Shown: piece after piece, positions 1-8,066 of the stretch
How positions within the stretch are numbered: the first letter of the stretch is position 1
How the letters are laid out: each line of letters starts with the position of its first letter
Source of the DNA: an uncultured Gemmatimonadaceae bacterium
GTDB lineage: Bacteria; Gemmatimonadota; Gemmatimonadetes; Longimicrobiales; RSA9
Direction: 5' to 3'
DNA: 55,500 bases
NCBI GenBank assembly: GCA_964605205.1
Contig: CAZSBL010000004.1
Location: forward strand, 1 to 55,500
Notes under the pieces: model-generated
Told to the model about the DNA's origin: nothing
The model's input: only the letters and a program-made list of their open reading frames with translations
Databases searched by the model: none
Program-made: the position numbers and the translations under genes

Positions 1-1
1 C

Positions 2-694
2 CAGCTGGTCTTCCTGACCCGGGGCGGGATCGTGAAGCGCACGGAGCTCTCCGAGTTCCAGAACATCCGGGCCGGCGGGATCAATGCCGTGAACCTGAAG
101 GACGGCGACGAGCTGCTGGACGTCCGCATCAGCGACGGCATCAACGACATCGTCCTGGCCACCGCCGGCGGCCGGGCCATCCGCTTCCCCGAAACCGACG
201 TCCCCGAGGTGGGCCGCAACGCCCAGGGCGTCATCGGCGTCCGGATGAAGAAGGGCGACAGCGTGGTGGGCATGGTGGTCGTCCGCCGCGAAGCGACGCT
301 GGCCGTGGTCACCGCCAACGGCTACGCCAAGCGCACCGGGATCGGCGAGTTCCGCGTCCAGGGCCGGGGCGGCCAGGGGACGGCGGCACTGTCGGTCTCC
401 GACAAGACCGGCCCGCTGGTGGGCGCCAAGGAGATGCTCGAAGGCGACGAGCTCATGGTCATAACCGCCGGTGGCAAGGCCGGCCGCCTGCAGGCCGCCG
501 AGATCCCCGTCCAGGGCCGCACCACCCAGGGCAAGCAGCTGGTGAAGGTCGAGACCGGCGACCGCGTGGTGGAGGTCAGCCGCGTCGCCTCGGAGCGGGA
601 CACCCGCAGGAAGGCTGACGCCGCCGATGCCGCCGACCGGGAGATGGGCGACCAGCTGGAGCTCGTGGCGGCGGCGGAGCCGGACGAGGAGTAA
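2..694 (+). CDS. gyrA: DNA gyrase subunit A, C-terminal beta-pinwheel repeats (5' partial)
   Basis: Frame is open from the window edge (QLVFLTRGGIVKRTEL). Pinwheel blades include RAGGINAVNL, GRNAQGVIGV, QGRGGQG and GRTTQG, followed by an acidic tail. ParC cannot be fully excluded because the GyrA-box lies outside the window. Confidence 0.85.
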   Translation, partial: QLVFLTRGGIVKRTELSEFQNIRAGGINAVNLKDGDELLDVRISDGINDIVLATAGGRAIRFPETDVPEVGRNAQGVIGVRMKKGDSVVGMVVVRREATLAVVTANGYAKRTGIGEFRVQGRGGQGTAALSVSDKTGPLVGAKEMLEGDELMVITAGGKAGRLQAAEIPVQGRTTQGKQLVKVETGDRVVEVSRVASERDTRRKADAADAADREMGDQLELVAAAEPDEE

Positions 695-720
695 CGGCGG
701 GCGGGCGCGCCGCCACTCGC

Positions 721-1048
721 GGGTAGGTCGGCCCTGCGGGCCTCCCGGGTAGCTCGGCCTTCGGCCTCGCGTGTAGCTCGCTGCGCTCGCGTGTAGCTCG
801 GCGCTGTGCGCCTCGCGGATAGGGCTCGCCTTCGGCTCGCCCGGATCGCGACCTGCGGCCGCGGAGGGCTCGGTCGCTGCGCGACCTCGCAGCAGGGTCG
901 GACTGCACCGCTCCTTGTCCCAACCGGCGGTTCCACCGCGAGCGAAGCGAGCCAAACGGGAGGGGCCGAAGGCCCCGACCTGCACGCGCGAGCCGCAGGC
1001 GAGCGCTAAACGCGGCCGCAGGCCGCTACCCGCGCCGAGCGCAGCGAG
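721..1048. repeat. REP/BIME-like cluster of about 12 short hairpin units
   Basis: Seven units (GTAG)CTCG-stem-TTC/TGC/TGT-stem'-CTCGC at 721-890, then five inverted units GCGAG-stem-GAA/GCA-stem'-CGAG at 938-1048, between convergent gyrA and dps. Confidence 0.8.
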
Positions 1049-1051
1049 GCG

Positions 1052-1504
1052 CTAATTTCCGGTCTGCTTCTTCCAGGCCTTCAGCATCCAGATGTCCATC
1101 TCGATGCCGTCGTTGACCTCGTCCAGCAGGTTGGCCGTGCCACGGTCATCGGCGGCCTCGGCGGCGTCGATGACCTTCATGGCCGAGACGTGCAGTGCCT
1201 CCAGGTCCGCCATGATGGCGTCCACCATCGCCGGCGCCGCCGGGATGCTCTCGTCCTCCTTCAGGCTCGCCTTGCCCAGCATCCCCTTCAGCGTGTGCAG
1301 CGGCGTGGCATCCACCGTCAGGATCCGCTCGGCGATCTCGTCGATGGTGTCCGCCCACTTCGTGTACAGCTCCTCGAACTTCGCGTGCAGCTCGAAGAAG
1401 TGTCGGCCCTCCACGTTCCAGTGGTAGTGGCGCAGCTTCTGGTAGAAAACCGTCGAGTCCGCCAGCAGCCCGTTCAGCCCGTCGATCACCTTCTGATCCG
1501 CCAT
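1052..1504 (-). CDS. dps: Dps family DNA-protecting mini-ferritin
   Basis: KLRHYHWNVEG..FFELHAKFEELY and DEIAERI ferroxidase-centre motifs; 150 aa. Confidence 0.95.
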   Translation of the reverse strand: MADQKVIDGLNGLLADSTVFYQKLRHYHWNVEGRHFFELHAKFEELYTKWADTIDEIAERILTVDATPLHTLKGMLGKASLKEDESIPAAPAMVDAIMADLEALHVSAMKVIDAAEAADDRGTANLLDEVNDGIEMDIWMLKAWKKQTGN

Positions 1505-1695
1505 GGATATCCCTCCTGAGTCGGTTAACGTGCTCCGTTTCCGGACTGACTACGCTAGAACCGGGCCGGCCCGGATGCAGTAGGGAAACACCGGCGATCC
1601 CCCGGTGAAAGCCGTGTGGTGGGACTCCCTACACCAGAATCCGGGTTTCCCCGGATTGTCCGGGCCCGGCCGGGGTGGCATCATGAGGGCGTGGT

Positions 1696-1715
1696 TGAGA
1701 ATGAGTCTCATCATC
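1696..1715. promoter_or_regulatory. Fur-box-like operator
   Basis: TGAGAAT-G-AGTCTCA is a 7-1-7 inverted repeat with 1 mismatch. The 19-mer GAGAATGAGTCTCATCATC matches the E. coli Fur consensus GATAATGATAATCATTATC at 14/19. It lies about 15-35 bp upstream of the porin-feoAB start. Confidence 0.7.
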
Positions 1716-1730
1716 ATAAAGGAAGGGGCC

Positions 1731-2747
1731 ATGGGACCGATACTCCTTTCGCTCTGCCTCGCGGCGGCGCCCCCGCAGGGTGCGCACGACGCGGCACCGG
1801 AGCGGCTGCAGAATAGGGAAAGGCCGGTAACGGCGGACACGCTGCCGGCGGAGTCGACGCCGATGCCGTTGTCGGCGTCGTGGATCGTGGAGGGTGCCAC
1901 GACGGGGGCGGAGCACGGCGCGCTGCAGCTGCTTTCGGCGGCGCTGGAGCCAGACCTCGGGATGGGGTTCACCGCGCGTGTGGAGTTCCTGGGGAAGTGG
2001 GGGCACGATGAGGCGGTCCCGTTCCCATCGTCGCAGGGGCTGTCCTCCCTCGATGCTTACGACTTCCGCGGCCTGGGCGAGGCCTGGCTCGAGTGGTCGG
2101 GCATGCCCGGGGCGCGGCTGAAGGCGGGGTGGGTGGACGCCAACTCGGAGTTCGCGGCTTCGGAAGTCGCCGCGGTGTTCGCCAATCCTTCGTTCGGGCT
2201 CACACCCACCCTGGCGTTCATGCCGAGCTACCCGGCGCCGCGGCCGTCGGTGAATGCGTTCGTGTCTCTCTTCGGCGGGCCGGAGCTCGGAGTGGGTACG
2301 TACCGGGCTGCCGACGGGGACTGGTCGGCGGTGGTCCAGGCGACGGGCGCGGTACCGAACGCGCCGTCGCTCCGCTGGCAGGCGGGCGTGGCCACGTGCG
2401 GGCACATCGTCGAGGGTCACGAGGGCCACAGCGAGCCGTCCACGTACCTGATCGTGGACTGGGCGCCCACGACGGCGGCGGCCGGGTTCGTGAAGGTGGC
2501 CCGGGCGGGCTCGATGCGGCACGTGGCGGCGGGACTGACGTCGAGGCTTCCGGTGCCGATGGAGCTGAACACGGGGCTCGCGGCCTCGATGGTCTCCGAG
2601 CCCTACGGGGAGGAGATGGTGGCGGAGCTGTTCCTGGCGGCCCGGGTCACGGAGTGGCTCGTGGTGCAGCCGGACGTGCAGGTGAGGCTGGCGCCGGGTG
2701 ACGCCCCGGCGGCGGCGGGGCTGCTCCGGCTGGTGGTGGAGCGATGA
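1731..2747 (+). CDS. OprB-family (carbohydrate-selective-like) outer membrane porin
   Basis: Signal peptide MGPILLSLCLAAA; LKAGWVDANSEF..FANPSFG and C-terminal VVQPDVQV resemble OprB. Start chosen after GGAAGGGG; ATGA overlap with feoA. Confidence 0.7.
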   Translation: MGPILLSLCLAAAPPQGAHDAAPERLQNRERPVTADTLPAESTPMPLSASWIVEGATTGAEHGALQLLSAALEPDLGMGFTARVEFLGKWGHDEAVPFPSSQGLSSLDAYDFRGLGEAWLEWSGMPGARLKAGWVDANSEFAASEVAAVFANPSFGLTPTLAFMPSYPAPRPSVNAFVSLFGGPELGVGTYRAADGDWSAVVQATGAVPNAPSLRWQAGVATCGHIVEGHEGHSEPSTYLIVDWAPTTAAAGFVKVARAGSMRHVAAGLTSRLPVPMELNTGLAASMVSEPYGEEMVAELFLAARVTEWLVVQPDVQVRLAPGDAPAAAGLLRLVVER

Positions 2748-3028
2748 GCGGCCGGGGTGGGGGCCGGGGCCGAGGCCGCGGGCTGCGACTATCCGAGGTG
2801 CCGTTGGACGAAGTAGTGGAGCTGGAGTCCTTCGACCTGCCGGGCGGGGAGCTGGAGCCGCTGCTGGAACGCGGCGTGCTCCCGGGGTGCCGGATCCGCA
2901 TGGTGCGCCGGAGCCCGTTCGGGGACCCGGTGGTGGACGTGGAGGGGACGATGCTGGCGTTGCGCCGGGAGACGGCGCACTGCCTCTGTGTGCGCCGGAC
3001 CGGCGCGACGGGAGGAGACCTGTGGTGA
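2744..3028 (+). CDS. feoA: Ferrous iron transport protein A
   Basis: [40 protein letters not shown] FeoA signature; directly upstream of feoB. Confidence 0.92.
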   Translation: [94 protein letters not shown]

Positions 3029-3030
3029 GA

Positions 3031-4980
3031 ATGGCGAAGGTGGGTTCGCGTCCGGGCCCGAGCTGTCACGAAGCCCCCGCGTTGGCGGCGTCCGGGCACG
3101 CGCTGATCGCGCTGGTCGGTCCACCCAACGCGGGTAAGACTACCGTGTTCAATCAGCTGACGGGGCTGCGCCAGAAGGTGGCGAACTACCCGGGCGTGAC
3201 CGTGGAGAAGCACGTGGGCCGGGCCCGGGTCTCGGACACGGTGGTGGTGGACGTGGTGGATCTACCGGGGGTCAACGGGTTCTCGGCCCGGACACTGGAC
3301 GAGCGGGTGACTCGGGACGTGCTGGAGGGGAAGGTGCCGGACCTGCGGGCGCCGGACGCCATCGTGGCGGTGGTGGATTCCACCCGCCTGGAGAGCCAGC
3401 TCATGCTGGTAGAGCCAATCCTGAACCTGGGGCGGCCCACCCTGCTGGTCCTGAACATGGTCGACGAGCTGGAGAGCCGGGGCGGCTCCATCGATGACGA
3501 GGCGCTGGCCCAGCGGTTCGGGATCGATGTGGTCCGGACCAACGCCCGGAAGGGCGTAGGGCTCGGTCGGGTCAGAGCGTTCATGGCCGGCGTGGAGGCG
3601 GCCCGGCAGCCCGAGTCGGACCCCGAGGCGGAGGTGGTGGAGCGGCTGGAGGAGTCCCTGTGCGATCGTGCAGGGGAGGTCCAGCTGCCCGTGGTGGACA
3701 TCTTCCGGGAGCGGCGGGCCCGGATCCGAGACGCCGTGGAGGCGGCGGACCATCGCCCCCCGGCGCCGTCGGAGCTGACGCGGCGTCTCGACTCGATCTT
3801 CCTCCACAGGGTGGCCGGCCCGCTCACCTTCCTGGCCGTGGTGGTCCTGGTCTTCCAGGCCATCTTCGCCTGGGCCGCGCCGTTCATAGACGCCGTGGAG
3901 TGGGCCCTGGCGGGCTCGGGCGAGTGGCTGGCGCCCCGGCTGCCGGAAGGGTGGGTACAGTCGCTGGTGATCGACGGCGTCTGGGCCGGCGTTGGGTCGG
4001 TGGTCATTTTCCTACCGCAGATCCTGATTCTCTTTCTCTTCATCGGGATCCTGGAAGATTCCGGGTACATGGCCCGGGCCGCCGTGATCGCAGATCGGCT
4101 CATGGTGAAGATCGGGCTCCAGGGGCGGTCGTTCCTCCCGCTGCTGAGCGGCTATGCCTGCTCGATCCCGGCCATCCTGGCCGCCCGGACGGTGGAGGAT
4201 GAGCGTGACCGGCTGGCCACGATCTTCGTCACCCCGTTCATGACCTGTTCCGCCCGGCTCCCGGTCTACGCGGTACTGATCGCCGCGTTCGTCCCGGCCG
4301 CGCCGCTCCTCGGTCCGTTCCTGGGCATGCAGGCGGCTGCGCTCCTCGGGGTCTACGCCATCGCCGTGGTGGCCGCCATCGGGACCGCGTTCCTGTTGAA
4401 GCGGACGCTGCTCCGAGGCAAGTCGTCCGGCTTCATGATGGAATTGCCGCCGTACCGCATCCCGTCGCCGAAGACGGTGGCCATCCGCTTATGGGACCGG
4501 AGCCTGATCTTCCTGAAGCGGGCGGGGAAGATCATCTTCGCCGTCACGGTGGTGCTGTGGGCACTCGCCCAGTTCCCCCAGGTCGATGGCGGCCCGCCGC
4601 CCATCGAGGACAGCGCCCTGGGCACCATCGGCCAGGTCATCGAGCCGGTCATCGAGCCCCTGGGCTACGACTGGCGCGTCGGGATCGGCCTGGTCTCCTC
4701 GCTGGCCGCCCGGGAGGTGATCATCGGCACGTTGGGCACGATCTACGGCGTGGAGAACGCCGACGAGACGTCGCTCACGCTGATGGAGAACCTCCGGCAG
4801 CACCTCGACCTGGGCGCGGCCTTGGGCCTCCTGGTGTTCTTCGCCTTCGCCCTCCAGTGCACCTCCACCGTCGCGGTGATGCGGAGGGAGACCGGAGGGT
4901 GGAAGTGGCCGGCGCTCCAGTTCGGCTACATGCTGGCGCTGGCCTTCGGCGGAGCCTGGCTCGTGAACTGGCTGGTGTAG
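3031..4980 (+). CDS. feoB: Ferrous iron transport protein B
   Basis: G1 GPPNAGKT, G2 VANYPGVTV, G3 DLPG, G4 NMVD; membrane domain with LEDSGYMARAA, PFMTCSARLPVY and FMMELPPY. The start may instead be GTG 3025. Confidence 0.95.
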   Translation: MAKVGSRPGPSCHEAPALAASGHALIALVGPPNAGKTTVFNQLTGLRQKVANYPGVTVEKHVGRARVSDTVVVDVVDLPGVNGFSARTLDERVTRDVLEGKVPDLRAPDAIVAVVDSTRLESQLMLVEPILNLGRPTLLVLNMVDELESRGGSIDDEALAQRFGIDVVRTNARKGVGLGRVRAFMAGVEAARQPESDPEAEVVERLEESLCDRAGEVQLPVVDIFRERRARIRDAVEAADHRPPAPSELTRRLDSIFLHRVAGPLTFLAVVVLVFQAIFAWAAPFIDAVEWALAGSGEWLAPRLPEGWVQSLVIDGVWAGVGSVVIFLPQILILFLFIGILEDSGYMARAAVIADRLMVKIGLQGRSFLPLLSGYACSIPAILAARTVEDERDRLATIFVTPFMTCSARLPVYAVLIAAFVPAAPLLGPFLGMQAAALLGVYAIAVVAAIGTAFLLKRTLLRGKSSGFMMELPPYRIPSPKTVAIRLWDRSLIFLKRAGKIIFAVTVVLWALAQFPQVDGGPPPIEDSALGTIGQVIEPVIEPLGYDWRVGIGLVSSLAAREVIIGTLGTIYGVENADETSLTLMENLRQHLDLGAALGLLVFFAFALQCTSTVAVMRRETGGWKWPALQFGYMLALAFGGAWLVNWLV

Positions 4981-5020
4981 TGCCGGCGTTGTTGGCGGTG
5001 GCGCTGACGGGTCCTGGCAT

Positions 5021-5200
5021 CGGGATAAGTCCCCAGACAACGCCTCCCGCCGCCGCGGGTTGGGGACTTTCATACACATATCGTATAGAAGTCCCCTGAC
5101 AATGACTGGCACCCGGCGATGTTTGGGAAGTTCTATACACATATCGTAGGAAACTCCCCACACTGCGACCCGCCGACCCGTTCTTTGGGGGATTGTCCCG
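5021..5200. repeat. Array with 62-63-bp period: symmetric AT-rich 27-bp cores separated by variable GC-rich spacers
   Basis: ATACACATATCGTA at 5072 and 5135; AA(G/C)TCCCC at 5027, 5089 and 5152; TTGGG at 5060, 5123 and 5185. Confidence 0.85.
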
Positions 5201-5322
5201 GGGCTCCGAAGCGGAATCCCTGCGCTCCCCGGAAACGAACGGTCCGGCCGAAGCCCTCAGCGCCTCCACGGCATGTTGGCTCGTCCGCCGACCGTCCTCG
5301 CCGACGAGACGGCGCCTCCGCG

Positions 5323-6306
5323 TCAGCCCGTCGCGTCCAGGAGCACCCCCAGCGCCTCGTTGAACGCCGCCGGGTTCTCCATCCCGGAGAGGTGTCCGGC
5401 CCGGGGCACCACCACCAGCTTCGCGCCGGGGATGGCATCGGCCATGGTCCGGGCGCCCTCGGGCGGGGTGATGGCGTCGTGCTCACCGACGATCACGAGG
5501 GTGGGCGTCTCGATCCCGGCCAGGTCTCCGGTGGAGTCGTGGCGGCAGGCCATCCCGCCCAGGGCGGCGATGACGGTCTCGGGCCGGGTACCGAGGATCA
5601 TCTCCCGGACCGTCTCCTCCACCTCGGGTCGCTGTTCCCGGGTCTGGTCGGCCAGGAGGTCGGGGATCATGGCCCGGGCGACGGGCTCGGTGCCGTTCCG
5701 TCGCACGGCCTGGGCCACGCGCATCCGGTTCTCCCGGCCTTCGTCGGTGTCGGCTTCGGCCCGGGTATCGGCCAGGATCAGCCCCCGGACCAGCTCGGGC
5801 CGGCGGCGCACGAGCTCGAGGGCCACATAGCCACCCATGGAGAGGCCGCAGACCACGGCGGGCCCGTCGACCTGGTCTTCGATGAGGCGGGCGATGTCAT
5901 CGGCCAGGCACGCCATGGAGAGGACCGGGTCTTCGGGGAGCGCGATCCCGGCGCCCATCCGCTTGCCGGTGGGCGCGCACCCATCGCCGTCGATGGGGGA
6001 CCGGCCGAAGCCCCGCAGGTCGGGGGCGATGCCCCGCCAGCCGCGGAGCGCGTCGGCGCCGCCCGGATCGGGGCTGGAGCCGGCGTTGGCGTCGAGGTCG
6101 CGCCAGCCGGCGGCCCCGGGGTCGCGGCCGGAGCTGCTGCCATCGGCGTCGTCCTGATCGCCGGACGGATCGGTCTCGCCGTCGCCCTCCAGGGCCTCGA
6201 GCTGGGGCGCCCACATCCCGCCGTGAAAAGGGAACCCGTGGATGAAAACGATAGTGCCCCGGGCGTGGTGCTCCCGGGGCCCCGCGGTGCGCAGGTGAAG
6301 CTGCAT
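5323..6306 (-). CDS. Alpha/beta hydrolase (PcaD/enol-lactonase-like)
   Basis: IHGFP oxyanion loop, DLRGFG, nucleophile GLSMGG, acid in GEHDAI, His in AGHLS. Confidence 0.9.
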   Translation of the reverse strand: MQLHLRTAGPREHHARGTIVFIHGFPFHGGMWAPQLEALEGDGETDPSGDQDDADGSSSGRDPGAAGWRDLDANAGSSPDPGGADALRGWRGIAPDLRGFGRSPIDGDGCAPTGKRMGAGIALPEDPVLSMACLADDIARLIEDQVDGPAVVCGLSMGGYVALELVRRRPELVRGLILADTRAEADTDEGRENRMRVAQAVRRNGTEPVARAMIPDLLADQTREQRPEVEETVREMILGTRPETVIAALGGMACRHDSTGDLAGIETPTLVIVGEHDAITPPEGARTMADAIPGAKLVVVPRAGHLSGMENPAAFNEALGVLLDATG

Positions 6307-6322
6307 ACGCTCTGCGTGTGGT

Positions 6323-6625
6323 TCAGAGTCCGAGGGACGAGCGGATGAGCGGGTCCATCTTCTCGGGCGTCCAGGGCGGGTCGAAAGTGAGCTCGATGTC
6401 TGCGTGGTCCACGCCCTCGATCCCCTCGACCTCCCGCTTGGCGTCGGCCAGGATCTGGTCCACGGCCGGGCACATGGGGGTGGTCAGCGACATCGTGACG
6501 TGCACGTGGTCACCGTTCACATCCACGTCGTAGATGAGCCCCAGGACCACCAGGTCCAGATTCAGCTCCGGGTCCTTCACGTTGCGGAGCGCCTGCTTCA
6601 CCACTGCTTCATCGACCATGCTCAT
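6323..6625 (-). CDS. Metal-sulfur cluster assembly factor (DUF59/MIP18/SufT-like)
   Basis: VKDPELNLDLVVLGLIY, MSLTTPMCP, LTFDPPW. The true start is probably ATG 6619 given RBS spacing. Confidence 0.92.
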   Translation of the reverse strand: MSMVDEAVVKQALRNVKDPELNLDLVVLGLIYDVDVNGDHVHVTMSLTTPMCPAVDQILADAKREVEGIEGVDHADIELTFDPPWTPEKMDPLIRSSLGL

Positions 6626-6717
6626 CTCCTGCCTCGCGGCCCGTCGGACCGCGCTGAAGTCCTCGATTCACGCCATGGGTACACCGAACGCCGCGCACCG
6701 TTTCGTCCGCCGCGGTT

Positions 6718-7869
6718 TCACTCCGCCCGGGCCACCACCACGAAGGAGACGTCTGTCTCCGCGCCCTGGCTCTGCACCTTCTGGAGCGCCGTCTGGAGGA
6801 GGTCGGCCAGCTCGGTGGGCTCGGCCTCCGCGCGTCCCTTCACCAGCTCCACGGCGCCCTTGACCAGACCGGCCGGGGCCTCGGAGAAGGCCAGGAGCCG
6901 GTCACCGGGCCCGAGGTCGAGGGCGGTGGCGTCGTAGTCGAAGTGGGGCAGGATCCCCAGCGGCGGCCCGTGGGTCGGCGCGTCTTCGACGGTGCCGTCG
7001 GCCCGGAGGATGACCGCGGGCTGGTCGCCGGCGCAACTCCAGTGCAGCGTGCCGTTCCGGATATAGATGAGGGCGGCCTCCACGCACTCGTCGAGCCCCT
7101 CGAACAGGTTCTCGAAGGTGGCCGAGTTCAGGCGACGCAGGAGCGCGTCGGGCTCCTCTTCGGGCCCCACCTCGCGGAGCAGCGCCCGGGTGATGGCGAT
7201 GAGGTACGCCGGCGGCAGCCCGGTTCCCTTCACGTCCATGAGGCTCAGGATGGTGCGGCCGTCCTCGGTGGTGAAGCCGTCCCAGAGCGATCCGCCGCCC
7301 ACCGACTCGTCCCGGGCGGTGGCGCCGGCGATGTGGAACCCTTCGGCCTGGGGCGCGCTGCGGGGCTCGAGCCCCTGGAGCACCAGGCGGCCGAACTCCT
7401 TGAACGCGTCGCCGCCGCCGGACTCCCGGGCGGCGAACCGCACGTCCAGGGCCCGGAGCGCCTTGGCCAGGCCCCGCATGAGCCGAACCGAGATGGACTC
7501 GCCGCCCAGCAGCTCGTCGAACTCGAGCTTCGAGACGCTCAGCAGCTGCGTGGGCTCCACGGCCCGGACAGAGGCGGAGCGGGGCGCGTCATTCAGCAGA
7601 GACATCTCGCCGAACGCCTCGCCGCTGCGCTTCACGGCCAGCCGCTCGTGGTCGCCCAGGGGACGCTCCTTCAGGATCTCGACGGCGCCGTCGTAGACGA
7701 TGTAGAACTTGTCGCCGGCGTCGCCCTCGCGGAACAGGAACTCCTCGGCGTTGATCTCCCGCGGGCTCACGAGCTCAGCGATCCGCTCCAGGTCGGCGCG
7801 CGGCAGCCCCTGGAAGAGGGGGACGCGCCCCAGGACCTCGATGACGTGCTCGGCCGTCTCTGCGCTCAT
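6718..7869 (-). CDS. Cyclic-nucleotide-binding domain fused to SpoIIE/PP2C-like domain
   Basis: LFREGDAGDKFYIV..G..FGEMSLLNDAPRSASVRA cNMP cassette; C-terminal MDVKGTG / AGDQP / HGPPLG / PGDRLLAF SpoIIE-like fold. Start placed after GGAGG. Confidence 0.85.
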   Translation of the reverse strand: MSAETAEHVIEVLGRVPLFQGLPRADLERIAELVSPREINAEEFLFREGDAGDKFYIVYDGAVEILKERPLGDHERLAVKRSGEAFGEMSLLNDAPRSASVRAVEPTQLLSVSKLEFDELLGGESISVRLMRGLAKALRALDVRFAARESGGGDAFKEFGRLVLQGLEPRSAPQAEGFHIAGATARDESVGGGSLWDGFTTEDGRTILSLMDVKGTGLPPAYLIAITRALLREVGPEEEPDALLRRLNSATFENLFEGLDECVEAALIYIRNGTLHWSCAGDQPAVILRADGTVEDAPTHGPPLGILPHFDYDATALDLGPGDRLLAFSEAPAGLVKGAVELVKGRAEAEPTELADLLQTALQKVQSQGAETDVSFVVVARAE

Positions 7870-8066
7870 GCGGGTGCCTCCACCGGCGAGGGCTGACAAG
7901 GGATCGGTAGAATCTAGGGTGACGACGCCCGGTTGGAAAAGGGAAAGAGAGACTTGCAGGGGGTCCGGGCGCGGGCCATCTTGGAGGCTCGACCTGTGGG
8001 CACCGATTACCCGAGTCCCCGCACCTCTCCCTGATCCCCGCGGTTGCTGACACCCTTACGACGATT

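Noticed and set aside
2698-3030. N-terminal extension of FeoB; likewise track starts at 1605, 8693, 13060, 22347, 32016 and 32067
   Set aside because: These overlap neighbouring real genes or operators; downstream starts have an RBS or stop/start coupling.
5021-5200. Calling the 63-bp array a canonical CRISPR
   Set aside because: Only two full repeats that differ at many positions, spacers of about 22 nt, and no cas genes or leader in the window. Kept as an unexplained repeat.
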